A DNA stretch of 61,176 nt, the filler included, from an uncultured bacterium (GTDB lineage: Bacteria > CAYJOG01), in the NCBI GenBank assembly GCA_964371695.1. It is 6 parts of 6 records of this genome, joined end to end, with 100 filler letters (N's around TTAATTAATTAA, not from the genome) between each part and the next. Parts side by side here need not be neighbours in the genome. Positions count along the whole stretch, not along the records: positions 20,961 to 30,977 come from CAYJOG010000061.1; positions 31,078 to 41,092 come from CAYJOG010000062.1; positions 41,193 to 51,199 come from CAYJOG010000063.1; 3 more parts are not named here. One strand, written 5' to 3'. The notes beneath the pieces are model-generated. The model was not told where the DNA came from. It saw nothing but the letters and a program-made list of their open reading frames with translations, and did not search any database. Within the stretch, counting starts at the first letter, position 1. Every line of letters begins with the position of its first letter. Made by a program: the position numbers and the translations under genes. Positions 27,458 through 41,762 of the stretch are shown one piece after another.

Positions 27458-28552
27458 ATGAGCGTCTGGGACGTAGTGGCTTCGGGGAGTCTGGATCAAC
27501 TCAAGGTTCTGGTGCAGGCCGGTGAAAATCTGCGGGTGGTGAATGCTCAGGGCGAGACCCTGCTGCACGTGGCGGTGAAAAATGGCCATCGCCCCGTGGC
27601 GGCGTTTTTGCTGGTGCAGGGTCTGGACCCCAACGCCGCCGACCAGCGCGGGGCCACGCCATTGCACGAGGCGGCGTTGGCGGGGAATACGGTGCTTGTG
27701 CAGGTGCTGATCCGCCGTGGCGCGGACCCGCACCGCCAGACCCACCAGGGGAACACGCCCCTGCATTGTGTCGTGGCTCGCGGTCATGGCGAAACGGTGG
27801 ACTCGCTGCTGAGTGAAGGGGTTGATGCAAGGCCCGTCAACCAGCAGGGCCAGACGGCTGGTGAACTGGCGGCGGCCATGGGGTTTGAGCAAATGGCGGC
27901 GCGTCTGGGTGTGCGTCCGCAGGCCGCGCCTGCGCCGGAGGAGGAAGGATTTTTTGCTCCGGGCGCTGGGCCAGAGACCGGCCCGTCAGACCCGCCCTCC
28001 CGCGAATCCATCTCCGTTATTGCTTCAGAACCTTCTGGCCCGTTGTTGTTGCTCTTCAAACTCAAACTGGTGCTGGCGGTGGCGGCGGTGGGTGTGGTGT
28101 ATCTGGCGGTGGTGCGCACAACACCCCAACCCTGGATGCCCCAGCCGCAACAATTGGTGATATTTGAAATCGTCAGCGGCGGCAACCGCCGGGCGGGCTG
28201 GGAGGTGCGGCTGGACTTTGAAATCAAGGGCCTGGGGGTTCTGTTTTATGAAGGGCCGGGCATTCTGGAAATCCAGAAAAAAATCACCATGGGCAAAAAA
28301 CTTCAGGTGTGGATAGAGCCGCTGGGGGGCGTTACGCCGTCTCCGGGCCGGGTGTGGCAGATTGTCTCCAACGGCGAAATGGTGCTGTCGTTGCAGCAGG
28401 CCATGGCGGGCATGCTGGTGCTGCGTCAAAAGGAAATACAGAAAAACACAGTGCTGTTTGGTGTGCCGTTGTTTTTCGGGATTGTGGTGGGTCTGGTGCA
28501 GATGCAGGACAAGCTGACGGGCGAGGCCCGAAAACGGCGGCGGGTGGTGTAA
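27458..28552 (+). CDS. ankyrin-repeat membrane protein
   Basis: GETLLHVA, GATPLHEAA and GNTPLHCV repeats; two C-terminal TM segments. Confidence 0.85.
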   Translation: MSVWDVVASGSLDQLKVLVQAGENLRVVNAQGETLLHVAVKNGHRPVAAFLLVQGLDPNAADQRGATPLHEAALAGNTVLVQVLIRRGADPHRQTHQGNTPLHCVVARGHGETVDSLLSEGVDARPVNQQGQTAGELAAAMGFEQMAARLGVRPQAAPAPEEEGFFAPGAGPETGPSDPPSRESISVIASEPSGPLLLLFKLKLVLAVAAVGVVYLAVVRTTPQPWMPQPQQLVIFEIVSGGNRRAGWEVRLDFEIKGLGVLFYEGPGILEIQKKITMGKKLQVWIEPLGGVTPSPGRVWQIVSNGEMVLSLQQAMAGMLVLRQKEIQKNTVLFGVPLFFGIVVGLVQMQDKLTGEARKRRRVV

Positions 28553-28573
28553 AACAAAAAAGGGTGGCCCTTC

Positions 28574-28809
28574 ACCTCTCCCCTTGAGGGAGAGGTCGGA
28601 AGAATTGGCCTCTTGGGGCTAATTCTTCCGGGTAATGGGCGCGGGTGGTCTTTTGGGGCTGCGGCAGCATATTGATGCTGCCGGGCGCGCCCAGCGGCAC
28701 GACAGTGCCGGGGTTCAAACAAAAAACAAAAATCTTTTTTGGTTTTTTATTCATACTTGACCCCTCACCCGGCGCTACGCGCCACCCTCTCCCCATGAAG
28801 GGGAGAGGG
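28574..28809. repeat. REP A + family D mosaic between convergent genes
   Basis: REP A 28574-28640, family D 28628-28713 (minus), REP A 28761-28809. Confidence 0.85.
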
Positions 28810-28842
28810 AACGATGACTCAGTGCATAAATGCTGAAAAACC

Positions 28843-30171
<1,329 letters not shown>

Positions 30172-30324
30172 TTATATAGATGGGGTGTTGCCCCTGATTG
30201 ACCGAATGGTTTTATCGGCCTGACTGAACTGGAAACTTACCCCAAAAGAGAGCATTTCGCAGAAAAAACGCCCAACTTGCCGTCACCACGGGTAAATGCT
30301 TCCAGACCAAGTTAATCTTTAACC

Positions 30325-30977
30325 ATGTCAGCCACGCCACAAAAGGCTTTCGCGCCGGGCCGTTGGCTGAAAGGATTCTTCAAAAGCATCCTGTTTGCCC
30401 CGGTGCCGGTGCGCAGTTACTGGCTGGTGGCGGGTTATTTCTGCTTTCTGCTGTTTCTGTTTTTGTTCCGTCAAACGGCGCTTTTACTGGGAGAAAAAGG
30501 CTTCTGGCTTTTTCTGGCGGTGGCGGTGGTGGGCAGCTACGCCGTGTTTCTGGTGCATCCCATTTTGCCCGAACGCTGGCGCGGGGTGATCCAGCTGGCG
30601 CTCTACCTGGCCATCACCACCTACCTGCTGCTCGACGCCGATCTCAATGTCGCCAACGCCCTGATGGTGATGAGCATCGGCGTGATCATGGCGGCCTTCT
30701 GGTTTGGCCTGAGGGGGGCGGTGGTGCTGGGCGTTTTTCAGTCTGGTGTCACCTATCTTTTGTTTGACCAGCCGCCGCTGGCGATGTGGGCCAAGGGCCG
30801 GGCGGATTTTCTGGAGGCCCTGGCGTCCCTGTGGCTCATGTCCATGTTCGCGGGTCTGGTGGCCGAACTGTTTCACGAAAAAATCAGGGAGAACGAACGC
30901 CTGCGCCAACTGGTGGAACGCCAGGAGCGCCTGGGGGCCATGGGGGAAATGGTGGGGGGGCTGGCCCACGAACTGCG
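30325..30977 (+). CDS. membrane sensor histidine kinase, 3'-partial
   Basis: Several TM helices, then H-box ERLGAMGEMVGGLAHEL at the contig end. Confidence 0.85.
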
Positions 30978-31077
30978 NNNNNNNNNNNNNNNNNNNNNNN
31001 NNNNNNNNNNNNNNNNNNNNNTTAATTAATTAANNNNNNNNNNNNNNNNNNNNNNNNNNNNNNNNNNNNNNNNNNNN
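30978..31077. other. artificial contig linker
   Basis: N44-TTAATTAATTAA-N44. Confidence 0.98.
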
Positions 31078-31078
31078 C

Positions 31079-34000
31079 CGTGAGGGTGTACACCGCGTTG
31101 GCGGCGGCTGTCATGCCCCCAAAACGCACCCGCACGGTTTTGCCGTCGGCCTGCAGGGTGGCGCTGGTGACGGTGAGGGTGTCGGTGCTGCCGCTTTTGG
31201 CCGCGATGGTGTAGTTGGCCGCCACCTGCGAAGACACGGTGTCCAGCAGTTCGCTGAACTTGGCGTCTATCTCGCCCAGGGAGTTGAGCGTCACACCCGC
31301 CGGAGCCGGTGTGAGCAGGGCCGGGGCTTTTTCGTCGAAGTTGCCCGTGATGGTGGTGGTTGTGCCCGTCAGCGTGTTGCCCGCCGCGTCTACAAAAAAG
31401 CCCGCCGAGAGCGTCACGGTGTCGCCAATCGCCACGGTGGCCGGTTGGGTGGCGTTGCTCTTGAGCTTGATCTCCAGCGTGGTGGTGGCTGTCCAGTTGG
31501 CCGAGGTGATCTGGCCGTTTGTGCCGCCCGACAGCCAGGAGTGGCTGTTGTTCAGCCCCAGCACGAGGTTCACATTGGTGGCGTCCACCGTCACGGCGCG
31601 CATGGGTTCGGTGAAGGTAAAGCGCACGGTGTCGTCGTCGTCCAGGGCGTCCAGCTTGGCGGTGCCGTCGCTGGCAAACGCCGGGTTGGTGGTGACCAGG
31701 GCCGGGCTGGTGGTGTCAATGAACAGGGTGTTTCCGTTCACCGCTGCGCCACCGCTGAGGCTGATGCTGGCGGGTGCGCCGCTGGTGACACCGGTGCCCG
31801 TGAGTTGCGTGTTGCTGGCAAGGCTGGCTTTGAAGCTGGCCCCCGCCGCCGGGTTGTTGTTGGTCTGATACGCCACCAGGATGTTTTTGTTGGTGCCCTT
31901 GGTGAGGGTGTAACCGCCGGTGATGGTGAAGGCGGTGGCCGTGTCGTTGGCGGTGAACTGGGCGGGGGTGGTGGTAAGCAGGGTGTCGCCGGTGTCGGCC
32001 AGGCCGTTGTCGTTGGCATCGGCATAGAACTTCACGGCGTCCACGTCGGTGGCGTCGTTGCCCGTGCCGCTGGGCGTAAGCGTAACCGTGTCCAGCCGCA
32101 CGTCCTCGGCCGCGCCGGTGCGCACGGTGAACTGAAGCACCGGGGCGGCCGCCTGGGCGCGGGCAATGGTGCTGGCGGGCGTTTTGGGGCCAATGCCCAC
32201 GGTGAGCGCCCCCACCACGGTGAGGTTGTTGCTGCTGAGCGACGTGGTGTTGGGCAGGCGGATGGTCTGGCTGGTGAGGCCCCCGGTGCCCGTGGCGGCG
32301 TTTGCCCCCACCAGCGTAAAGGCCATGGTCTGGCCCGCTGTTTCGGTGCCGCTCAGGCTGGCGGTGAGCAGGAAGCTCTCGCTGGTGCTGAAGCTGCCCG
32401 TCACCGGCGTGGCGTTCACCGTCATGGCCAGCCCGCCGCTGATGAGCGTGAGCGTGGCCGTGCCGTTGTTGGTGGTGAAGGGGCTGCCCCCCGACGAAGC
32501 CACCAGGGTGTCGGTGCTGTCCACCGAGCCGACGGTTGCGCCGTTGTCGCGGTAAAGCTTGAGGCTGCTGATGGCGGTGTCTTCGTTCAGTGTGCCCGCG
32601 CCGGTGACCGTGACGGTTTTGAGCGTGACCGTCTCGCTCAGGGCCTGCAGGTTGAACCGGAAAACGGGCTGGTCTGTCACGCCCGTGGCCACGTTGGCGG
32701 CGGCGGGTGTGGCGGCGTCTACCGCGCCCGCCAAAGACCCGGCAAAGGTCATGGTGCTGCTGCTGAGAATGGCCCCCATGGCGGTGATGGGCGAGCCGCT
32801 GGTGGCTCCCTGGGCCGTGAGATCCGTGGCCGGGTCCAGCGTGACTTTCAGGGTTTCCTGCAGGGGGTTGACGTTGGCGCTATTGGTGTAGGCCGTCAGG
32901 TCATAGGCCACCAGAAAGGTTTTGGACTGGCCCGCCGTCACGCGGCGTCCGCCCCCGGCGGGCAGGGTGAACACCTGCTTGACGGTGTCGGAACCAAACA
33001 CCGAGGGCGTGAGGTTGGGAATGATTTCTTCTTCGCCGGTGTCTGCCGCGCCATTCTGGTTGGCGTCTACAAAAAACCGCACCTTGGCCACGCGACCATC
33101 CACCACTGTGTTCTGGCTGCGCTCATCGGCAGAGCCTGCGGGCGTCAGCGCAATGGCCGTGATGTCCACGCCTTCGCTGGTGCCCGCCGTGACCACCATC
33201 TGCAATATGGGCTGGGCCATGGCGCCGGGGGCCACGCCCACCGCCGCCGGATTGCCCGGCCCCATGGCGGCGGAAAGGTCGCCGCCGATCTGGATGGGAT
33301 TGCCCACCAGCCCCGTGGTGGGGGCCAGCGTGACGGGTATGGCCTGAAGGCTCACCACACCCGACATGGAGATGTCCGCGCCCTGTGAAATACCGATGGC
33401 GAAGGTCTCGCCGGTGATGGCCCCGCCCGCGCTGTCCATGTCCACCGTCACCAGAAAAGTGCCCGTGGTGGAGGCGGCCAGTTCCAGCGGCGCAGCGAGG
33501 TTAAACGCGGTTTTGGTGTTGTTGGCTGAAAAAATGGTGGAGCCTGTGAGCGCGACTTCGGTGTCGCCTGCGTCCACCTTGGCGTCGGCGTTCACGTCCA
33601 GATAGATGTGAACCTTGTCGATGTCGGTGTTGTCCTGGCCAGAGCCGTTGGGCGTGAGCGCCACCGCTTGCAGCTTGACGTTTTCATCGGCCCCCGGCGT
33701 GAGGGTGAACTGCAACACGGGCACGCCGGTGGCCGTGGGATTGATGGCGCGGGCCGCCGGATTGCTGCCGCCCAGCGCCGCCGTGAGCGGGCCGGTGACC
33801 GTGAGCACGTTGCCCACCGCGCTGCCCGTGGCGTTGATGAGCGAACTGCTGCTCACACCCCGCACCTGCACCTGCGACGATAGTGAAATGGACGCCTGAA
33901 AGGTGGCCCCCGTGACCGGCGTGCTGCCGATGTTGTAGGTCACCAGAAACGCCGCCGTCTGGCTGGCGCTGATGACGAAGGCCGTGGTGAGGGTGAACTG

Positions 34001-37000
34001 GCGCGCGGTGTCGTTGGTGGTGTAACCGGTGGGCGTGGTGGCCACCTGCCATTCGCCCGCGTCCAGCACACCATCGGCGTCGATGTCGTAATAAAGGCTC
34101 ACGTCAGCGGCAACAGAAGTCGTGAGGTCGCTCACGTCGTTGGCGGTGCCCGCCGGGGTGAGCGTGAGGTTCTCCAGTTGCACGGCCTCGGCGGAATAGN
34201 NNNNNNNNNCGCCCACGGTGCTGAGGGGGCTGGCGGGGCCCTTGGCCAGCGTGACCACGCCGCCGATGGTTTGTGTGTTGCCGCTCACACTGCCGCTCAC
34301 AATGGCGGCGCTGAGACCGCCGGTGATGTCTTTGGCCACCACCGAGGAGCTCAGCACGGCGCTGGCGCTGAACACTTCGCAGGCCGCCGCCGTGCCCCCC
34401 AGGGTGTAAGCCGCCAGCAGGTTTTTGGTGGTGCCCGCCGTGATGTCAAAAGGAGCCGCGAGGGTGAAGATTTGCAGCGTACCGTCCACCGTGTAAGTGG
34501 CGGGCGTGGCCCCCAGTTCGGTTTCGCCCACGTCGGCCACGGCGTCGCCGTCGGCGTCGTCAAAAAAGCGCACCTGCAGAATGTCCGCCGAATCGTCAAA
34601 CTGCGTGGCCGCGCAACCGGCGGGGCTTGCGGGCGTGAGCGCCAACGATTCCACCCTGATGCCCGCGCTGGCGTCTGCCGTCATGCGCAGTTGCGTGGTG
34701 GGGGTTTTGTCTTCGGCGTTGTTGTGGGCCCTGGCTGGCGGGTTGTTCAGCCCGGCCTGGAACGTGAGGCCGCCCCGGATGGTCTGGGTGTTGCCATTCA
34801 CATTGCCCCCACCCACGCCGAACACCTGATTGCTGGTGACGCCGCGCAACTGCACCGCATTGCTGCCGGAAAGATCGGCCCGCAGGGTTTCGCCGGTGCT
34901 GGCGGTGTTGGCCATGTCATAAACCAGCAGGTAGTTCTGCGCGGTGTTGGCGGTGATGGTTTCGGTGCCCGCAATGAGGAACGTGGTGGCGGTTTCGTCG
35001 CTGCTGTATTTGTTGGTCGCCAGCGTGATGGCCACGTCGGTGCCGTCCACCTCGCCCTGGGTGGCCCCGCTGTCGCGGTAGAGCTTGAGCTGGGTCACGT
35101 CCAGGCGGTCGTCGGCGGTGCCGGTGGGCGTGAGGGTGAGGCCATAAAGGTTGCTGCTTTCGTTGGGGCCGTTGGTGACGGTGAATTGCAGCATGGGCAC
35201 GTTCAGCGAACTGCCCCGGATGTTGCTGGAAATGGGGTTGAACACACCCGCCGCCACAGTGGCCCCGTTGCGGGTGGTCTGGTAGTTGCCGGTGATGGAG
35301 CCGCCCAGGGTGGGTGACACGCTGAGGAAGCTCACCTGTTCACTGGCGCTGACATCGGTGGCGCTGGCGATGGAGGCCCGCGCCGTGAGGCCCGCCGCCG
35401 TGCCGTCTACAAAGTCATAGACCACCAGCAGGCGGCGCGACTGCCCCGCCGCCACCAGAATGGACGCGCTGGCGTTTTGCGAGGCAAAATCAAACTGCGT
35501 GGCGGTGTCGTTGGCGCTGAAGGAAACCGGCGTGGCGTTGAGCGCCGCTTCGCCGTCCACAATGCCCGGCGTGTTCAGGTCCCAGTAAAACTTCACGGCG
35601 GCCAGACTGGTGAAGTCGTTGACCGTGCCCGCCGGTGTGAGGGTGAGGTAGTTCAGATAAATGCCGCTGTTTGGCCCGGCGGTGAAATCCACCGCCAGCA
35701 CTTCCGCCTCGCTGTCGGAAAGATCCACCCCGCCGGTGGCGGGTGTGTTGGGCGAAAGCGACGCCATGAAGGTGCCCGTGGCGATGCGCGTTGGCCCTGC
35801 CGCCGCCACGGTGGAGCGAATGTTGACCGCGCTGGTGCCCCCCAGGCCCGTGGCCCCCAGGGCAGGCACGGTGGCCACAAAACTGTTGCCGCCGATGGTG
35901 CCCGCTGAAAGGTCATAGGTGACCAGCACGTTTTTGAAACCCGAAGCCGGCAGTGAAAGACCGCTGGTGAAGGTGAACGTGGTGGCGGTGTTATCAGCGG
36001 TATACACCAGAGGCGAGGCGTCTATCTGCGTGTCGCCCGCGCTCACGGTGCCGCTGGCGTCGTTGTCTACCCAGAACTTGACCGCCGTGATGTTGGTGGC
36101 ATCGTTGCCCGTGCCGCTGGGGGTGACTTGCAGCGTGTTGAGCGTGATGTTCTCGGCGGAGTCCACCGAGAACTTGAAACTGGCCGCCGGTTGATTGGTC
36201 TGGCCGGGCACAATGGCCCCGTTGCCGAACAGATTGGCGTTTTCCACCGCCAAATTGCCCGCGACGGTCTGGATATTGCCCGCCGCCGTGGTGTTGGCGT
36301 AGATGGTCTGCAATGAGCTGCCGCCGGTGGCGCGGATGTCGGTGCTTTGTGTGAGCTGTGCGCGGAAGGTGGACCCCGGCGCGATGGGCGTGCCCATGTC
36401 ATAGGTCACCAGCAGGGTTTTGGTGGTGCCCGCCGTGATGGTGCGTGCGCCCGCCGCACCGCCCAGGGTGATGGCGATGGCGGTTTCATCGGCGGGATAC
36501 ACCGCCGCGCTGGCGGTGACGATCTGCGTTTCACCATCCACAATGCCCGCCGTGCCGGTGTCGAAATAAAACTTGATGCCCGTGATGCCGGTGTTGTCGT
36601 TGCCGCTGCCGGTGGGCTTCACCCGAATCTCTTGCAGCACCAGGTCTTCTTCGCCCGCCTGCAGGCTGAGGGCCATGATGGGCTGGTCATTGCTGTTGGC
36701 GCGGATGCCCTGGGCGGGCGGCGTGTTGGGGCTGAGCGCGAGGAACATCTTGCCCTTGATGGTTTGGATGTTGGCCGCCACCTGGGTGCCGCTGGGGGTG
36801 ATGGTGGTGCTGGTGGAAAGGCCCGTGGCGACAACATCGGCAGCAGGGCTGTTGATCTGGTATTGCAGCGTTTTGGAGGGCGAAATGTTGCCGTTGAAAT
36901 CCACCGCCACCAGAATGTTCTTGCTCTGGCCGGAGTTGATGGTGACACCACCCACAATGGTGAACTGCTGCTCCACCGCATCGGTCACGTCGGCGAGAAA

Positions 37001-40000
37001 GTTGGTGGGTGTGATGGTGAGCAGGGTGTCGGTGCCGTCCACCGCGCCGGGCGTGGAGCCTTCATCCACATAAAACTTCACCTGGGTGATGCCGGTGTTG
37101 TCGTTGAGGCTGCCCCCGGCCCCCACGCCCACGTCGCGCAGGTCAATGCGGTCCACACGGGTGTTTTCGGTGAGCGCCGAGAGCTTGAAGCCAAACACGG
37201 GTACACCCAGGGCGTCGGCCTCCACCCCCGCCGCCGCAGGGGGCGAGGTGGCGGTGGTGACGTTCAGTGTGCCATTCAGCACCAGATCGTTGCCCGAAAC
37301 GGGCACCGTGCCCGTGGGGTTCAGCGAGGTCACGGTTGAAGACGAAAGCACCACGTCGGTGAGTGCGGCGATTTTGGCGTTGAAGGTCTGCCCCGCCGTG
37401 GCGGTGGGAGACGTTTCCACCACCACAATGAAGTTTTTGGTGGTGCCTGCGGTGATCTGGCGGCAGGTGTCGGGGTCGGTGGACAGATCAAAAAGCGTGG
37501 CGGTGTTATCAGCGCTGTAACCGGTGGTGACCTGCTTGATGAGACAGTCGCCGGTGTTCAGCGTGCCGCTGTTGTCGTTGTCCAGATAAAGGCTGGGGCT
37601 GAGCAGGCCCGTGGCGTCGTTGCCCGTGCCAGCAGGGGTGATGTTCACCGACTTGAGCGATACGGTCTGGAACGTGTCCGCCGCGATGGAAAATTGCAGA
37701 TAGGACGCACTGATGTTCGTGCCCACGCTCTGCGCGCCGGGGGTCTGGGCCCCCAGGGCCAGGGTGGCGGAACCCACCACGCTTTTGACCGACGAACGCA
37801 TGGGCTGAAGACCGGTGGCCACATATTGATTGCTGGTGAGCGCGCCGGTCATGTAGATGTCGTAGAGGTTGGTGATCTGGCCGCTGGCGTCGCGCCCGGC
37901 CGACCCGGCGGTGGCCGCCATGGTGTAGGCCACCAGCAGGTTGGTGGTGATACCCGCCGTCACCGTCACCCCCGTGCCCGCGTTGAAGCTGAAGGACGTG
38001 GGTGTGTCGTTGGCCGTGAACGTGGCGGGTGTGGTGGTGAGCAGTGTGTCGCCGCCATCCACCAAGCCGTTGCTGTTGGTGTCCCAGTAAAACTTCACCG
38101 CCGTGATTTCGGTGGCGTCGCTGGTGGCCAGTCCCCCCGCCCCGCTGGCGGGCGTCGGGTCCAGCAAAATGCTCTTGAGCAGCATGTTTTCTTCCGGCCC
38201 CGGCGTGATGGCCAGTTGCATGATTTCCATCGAGGCATCGTTCCACACCGCAAAGCTGGTGGTGGGGTTGTTGCTGCCGCTCACCACGGCCACGCTGCCC
38301 GCCACCGTGGCGGTGGCCGGTGTGACGGTGTAACTGTTGGTGAGGATGGCCTGGGAGCTGGACACGCCGGTGGCGGTGACCGAAGTGAGCGCGAGAGCAA
38401 AGGTCTCCCCCGCCGAGGCGCTGCCCGCCATGGTGTAGTCCACGCTGATGTTCCGCGCCTGGGTGATGGTGCTGGCGCACAGGCCCACGCCGCCGGTGAT
38501 GGTGAAGGACCGGGCGGTGTTGTCGGTGGTGTAGGTGTTGGCGGAAAGAGTGCAGAGGTTGGCGGCGTCGTCGTTGCAGCTTTTGCTGGCGGTGTCCACG
38601 CAGGCTTTCACGGCGCTGATGTCAAAGGCGTCCTGGCCCGTGCCGCTGGGCGTGAGGGTGAAGGTGACGGCGCTGAAGTCTTCGCCGTTGGGCGTCACGT
38701 TGAAGTTGGCCATGTTCACGCCGGGGTTGCTGGCGCTGATAGTGGGCGCGGCGCTCACCTCGGCCCCGTCGGTGATGGTGACCCGGCCTGTGACCTTGTG
38801 GGTGTTGCCCGTGGCCGAGCCGAGGCCCCAGTCGCCCAGGGCGGCGGTGATGGGCGTCTCCTGCCACGTCACCTTGGGGGTGAGGCGCGACGTGCCCGAA
38901 GGCATGGTCACGGCCAGGGTGTCGCCGGGGTCTGCGGTGGGGGCGGCGGGCAGGTAATACACCACAAACACCGATTTGGCCTGACCGCTGGTGAGGTTGA
39001 CGGGGGTGTCCAGGATGAAATTGCGATAGGTGCTGTCGGCGGTGTAGGCGGTGAAGGTGGTGTTGAGTTGGGTATCCAGCGTGCTGCTGAACGCACCGTT
39101 GGCGTCGGCGTCCAGCCATAGCGTGACGTTGGTGAGTTCCGCCAGATCATCCATGGAGCCGGACGGCGTCAGCGCGATGCGCGTGACGTTGTTGGTGGAG
39201 CCGGTGCCGTTGGTAAGCGTCATCTGCATCACCACCTGAAAAGCGGCGTTCTCAATGATGCCCGTGGCCGCAGGATTCGTCGCGCCGGTGCTCACCGTCA
39301 CGCCCGGAATCGCCGACATGCTGTCGCCGGTCTGGACCGAGTTGTTGGGCGCGCTCGCGCCGTCCTGCGGAATCAGCCGCACACCGCTGTTGGACCCGGT
39401 GGCCACGATATCCACCGAGGGGCGGTCCATGATGCCCTGAAAGGCTCCCGCCGCCGTGCTGGTGCCCGCCGCCACGTCATAGGCCACCAGCAGGTTGTGG
39501 GTGGTGCCGCTCGCCAGCGTGATGGGCGCGGTGAAGTTGAACGTGGTGGCGGTGTTGTCCGCCGTAAACGTGGTGTTGGTGGTCGCAAGCGTGGTGTCGC
39601 CGCTGTCCACCCGCCCGGCCTCGGTGCCCACGTCCAGATAAAACCGCACGGCGGTGATGTTGCTCTGGTCGTTGGCGGTGCCGTTGGGGCGGATTTTGAT
39701 GCTTTGCAGGCTGGCCTGTTCGGCTGCGGAAACGGTGATCTGCAAACGTTGCACCGCCTGGGTGGGTGCGCCATTGACCACCGCCACCGCCGAGCCGCTC
39801 ACCGCAGCCAAAGACTGGTTGGCCACGTTGGTGATGGCCCCATAAACCTGATGGGTGGCGCTGGTGAGCGTGCTGCCGGAGATAGTGGCGTTGCCCGTGC
39901 TGGTGCTGCCGCTGAGTTCCAGATAGGTGGGGCTGATGGAGGCGACGTAGGTGCTGCCGTTCGCGCCGGGCGACACCCCCATGTTATAGGTCACCAGAAA

Positions 40001-41092
40001 CCGCCGGGTGCCGCTGGCGGTGATGGTCTGGGGGCTTTGCAGGCGATAGGTGAGCGGTGTTGTGCCGCCGTAGTTGAGCGGTGCGCCCACGGGCAGATAC
40101 AGCGTGTCGCCCGCGCTCACCACATTGTCGCTGTCCAGGTCTTCATACAGGGCCACTTCGGACACATGGTTGGAGGTGTGGCCGCCGCCGGTGCTGCTGT
40201 TGCCCAGTTGAAAGGCGTTGAGTACAAGATTCTCCAGGGCGTCTGCCGCCACGGTGAAGCTGAGCACCGACTGGCTCAGCACGCTGGCGGGCAGGGACAC
40301 CCCCGGCGTGTTGACATTGGTGATGGTGGCCCTACCCGTGAGCTTGGCCGGGTGGGCGTTGGACAGCGTGTGGGCCACGTTGTTGGCCGCCGTGGTGCTG
40401 GTGAAGGAAATGCCGCTGGTGCTTCCTTTATAAAAGAGATCGCTCGACGCACTGATGCCGGTGGACCATGTGTCCCCCGCCGGAGACGCCCCCCCGGCGA
40501 TTTCATACACCACCAGCAGGTGGCGGGAAGTGTTGATGGGAATGTTGGGCAATGTGGCGCTGAAGCTGAACACCTGGGCCGTGTCGTTGGTGGCGAAGGT
40601 GGTGGGGCTGGAGGTGAGCAGCGTGTCGGTGCCGTCCACCGCGCCGGGGGTGGAGCCGATATCCAGATAAAAGCGCACCACGGCGATTTCGGCGGCATCG
40701 TTGCCCGTGCCCGATGGCGACAGGCGGATGGCCTCCAGGTCTATGGCCTCTTCGGCCCCTGCGGTGAGCTTGATCTGGCGGGTCACGGCGGTGGTCTGGG
40801 CGGTGTACACACCAAACCCGGCGGCGGGCTGGTTGTCGCCATCGGCCACGGTGATGCCCCCCAGCACGGTGGTCTGCCCTCCCTGAAACGGGAACGACGC
40901 GCCCCCCGCGCCCAAAAGCGTGAGCGCCGTGGCGCTGGTTTCGCCCGTCACGGACAGATGGCTGCTCTGTGAGAGCGCCGAGCGGAAGGTCATGCCCCCC
41001 GTGACACCGGCGGCGTAGTTGTAATACACCAGCAGGTCCAGGGTCTGGCCCGCCGAAATTTGAGGCACACCGGTAAAGTTGAAGGTCTGGGC
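31079..41092 (-). CDS. giant repetitive Thr/Ala/Gly-rich surface protein (>3300 aa), partial at both ends
   Basis: Whole contig is one open frame (N gap 34200-34209); about 19 diverged ~165-aa beta-rich repeats, then two Ig-like domains (DTTSP, DEKAP). Confidence 0.9.
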
Positions 41093-41192
41093 NNNNNNNN
41101 NNNNNNNNNNNNNNNNNNNNNNNNNNNNNNNNNNNNTTAATTAATTAANNNNNNNNNNNNNNNNNNNNNNNNNNNNNNNNNNNNNNNNNNNN
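41093..41192. other. artificial contig linker
   Basis: N44-TTAATTAATTAA-N44. Confidence 0.98.
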
Positions 41193-41257
41193 GGGGCAAC
41201 GCCCCCGCGAAACACAATGACCCAAAATGCATCAACAGGATGTAAATCAACACTTGG

Positions 41258-41761
41258 CTAACCCGGCAGGTTTTCCACTTTCAAATCTTCCAGCCCGCCG
41301 GACTGGTCGTGCAAAGCCAGCACATCCAACCACAGATTATTTTTGATCGCCCGCCACCAATGGGGCCAGAGTTGTTGGTCCAGCACCGGCAAGTCATGTG
41401 AATCCAGATCGTGTTCCGACACCCAGGCCAAATCGCCTTCGTCACCAGCTTTTTCCTGACCTGAAAAAGCGTGGACATGAAACAGGTGTAATGACCAGTG
41501 CTGCGGCGGCTCCCACTGGCTCACCAACCCCATGGGCCGCAGGGCGGTGGACGACAAACCCGTCTCCTCTTTCATTTCGCGGCGCGCCGCCATGAGGGGT
41601 GTTTCTGTTTGCTGCACCTTGCCACCCGGCGGCACCCATAGCCCTGCGTTGGCCCCGCGATTTTTGTACAGCAGCAGCACCTGCCAGTCACCGGCCAGGG
41701 GTTGCCGGGTGATGAAAACGAGGCAGGTGTTCAGGGTGAGGTTTTGGTTTGGGTGGGGCAT
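41258..41761 (-). CDS. NUDIX hydrolase (MutT/8-oxo-dGTPase-like)
   Basis: Nudix box GGKVQQTETPLMAARREMKEETGL. Confidence 0.9.
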   Translation of the reverse strand: MPHPNQNLTLNTCLVFITRQPLAGDWQVLLLYKNRGANAGLWVPPGGKVQQTETPLMAARREMKEETGLSSTALRPMGLVSQWEPPQHWSLHLFHVHAFSGQEKAGDEGDLAWVSEHDLDSHDLPVLDQQLWPHWWRAIKNNLWLDVLALHDQSGGLEDLKVENLPG

Positions 41762-41762
41762 T

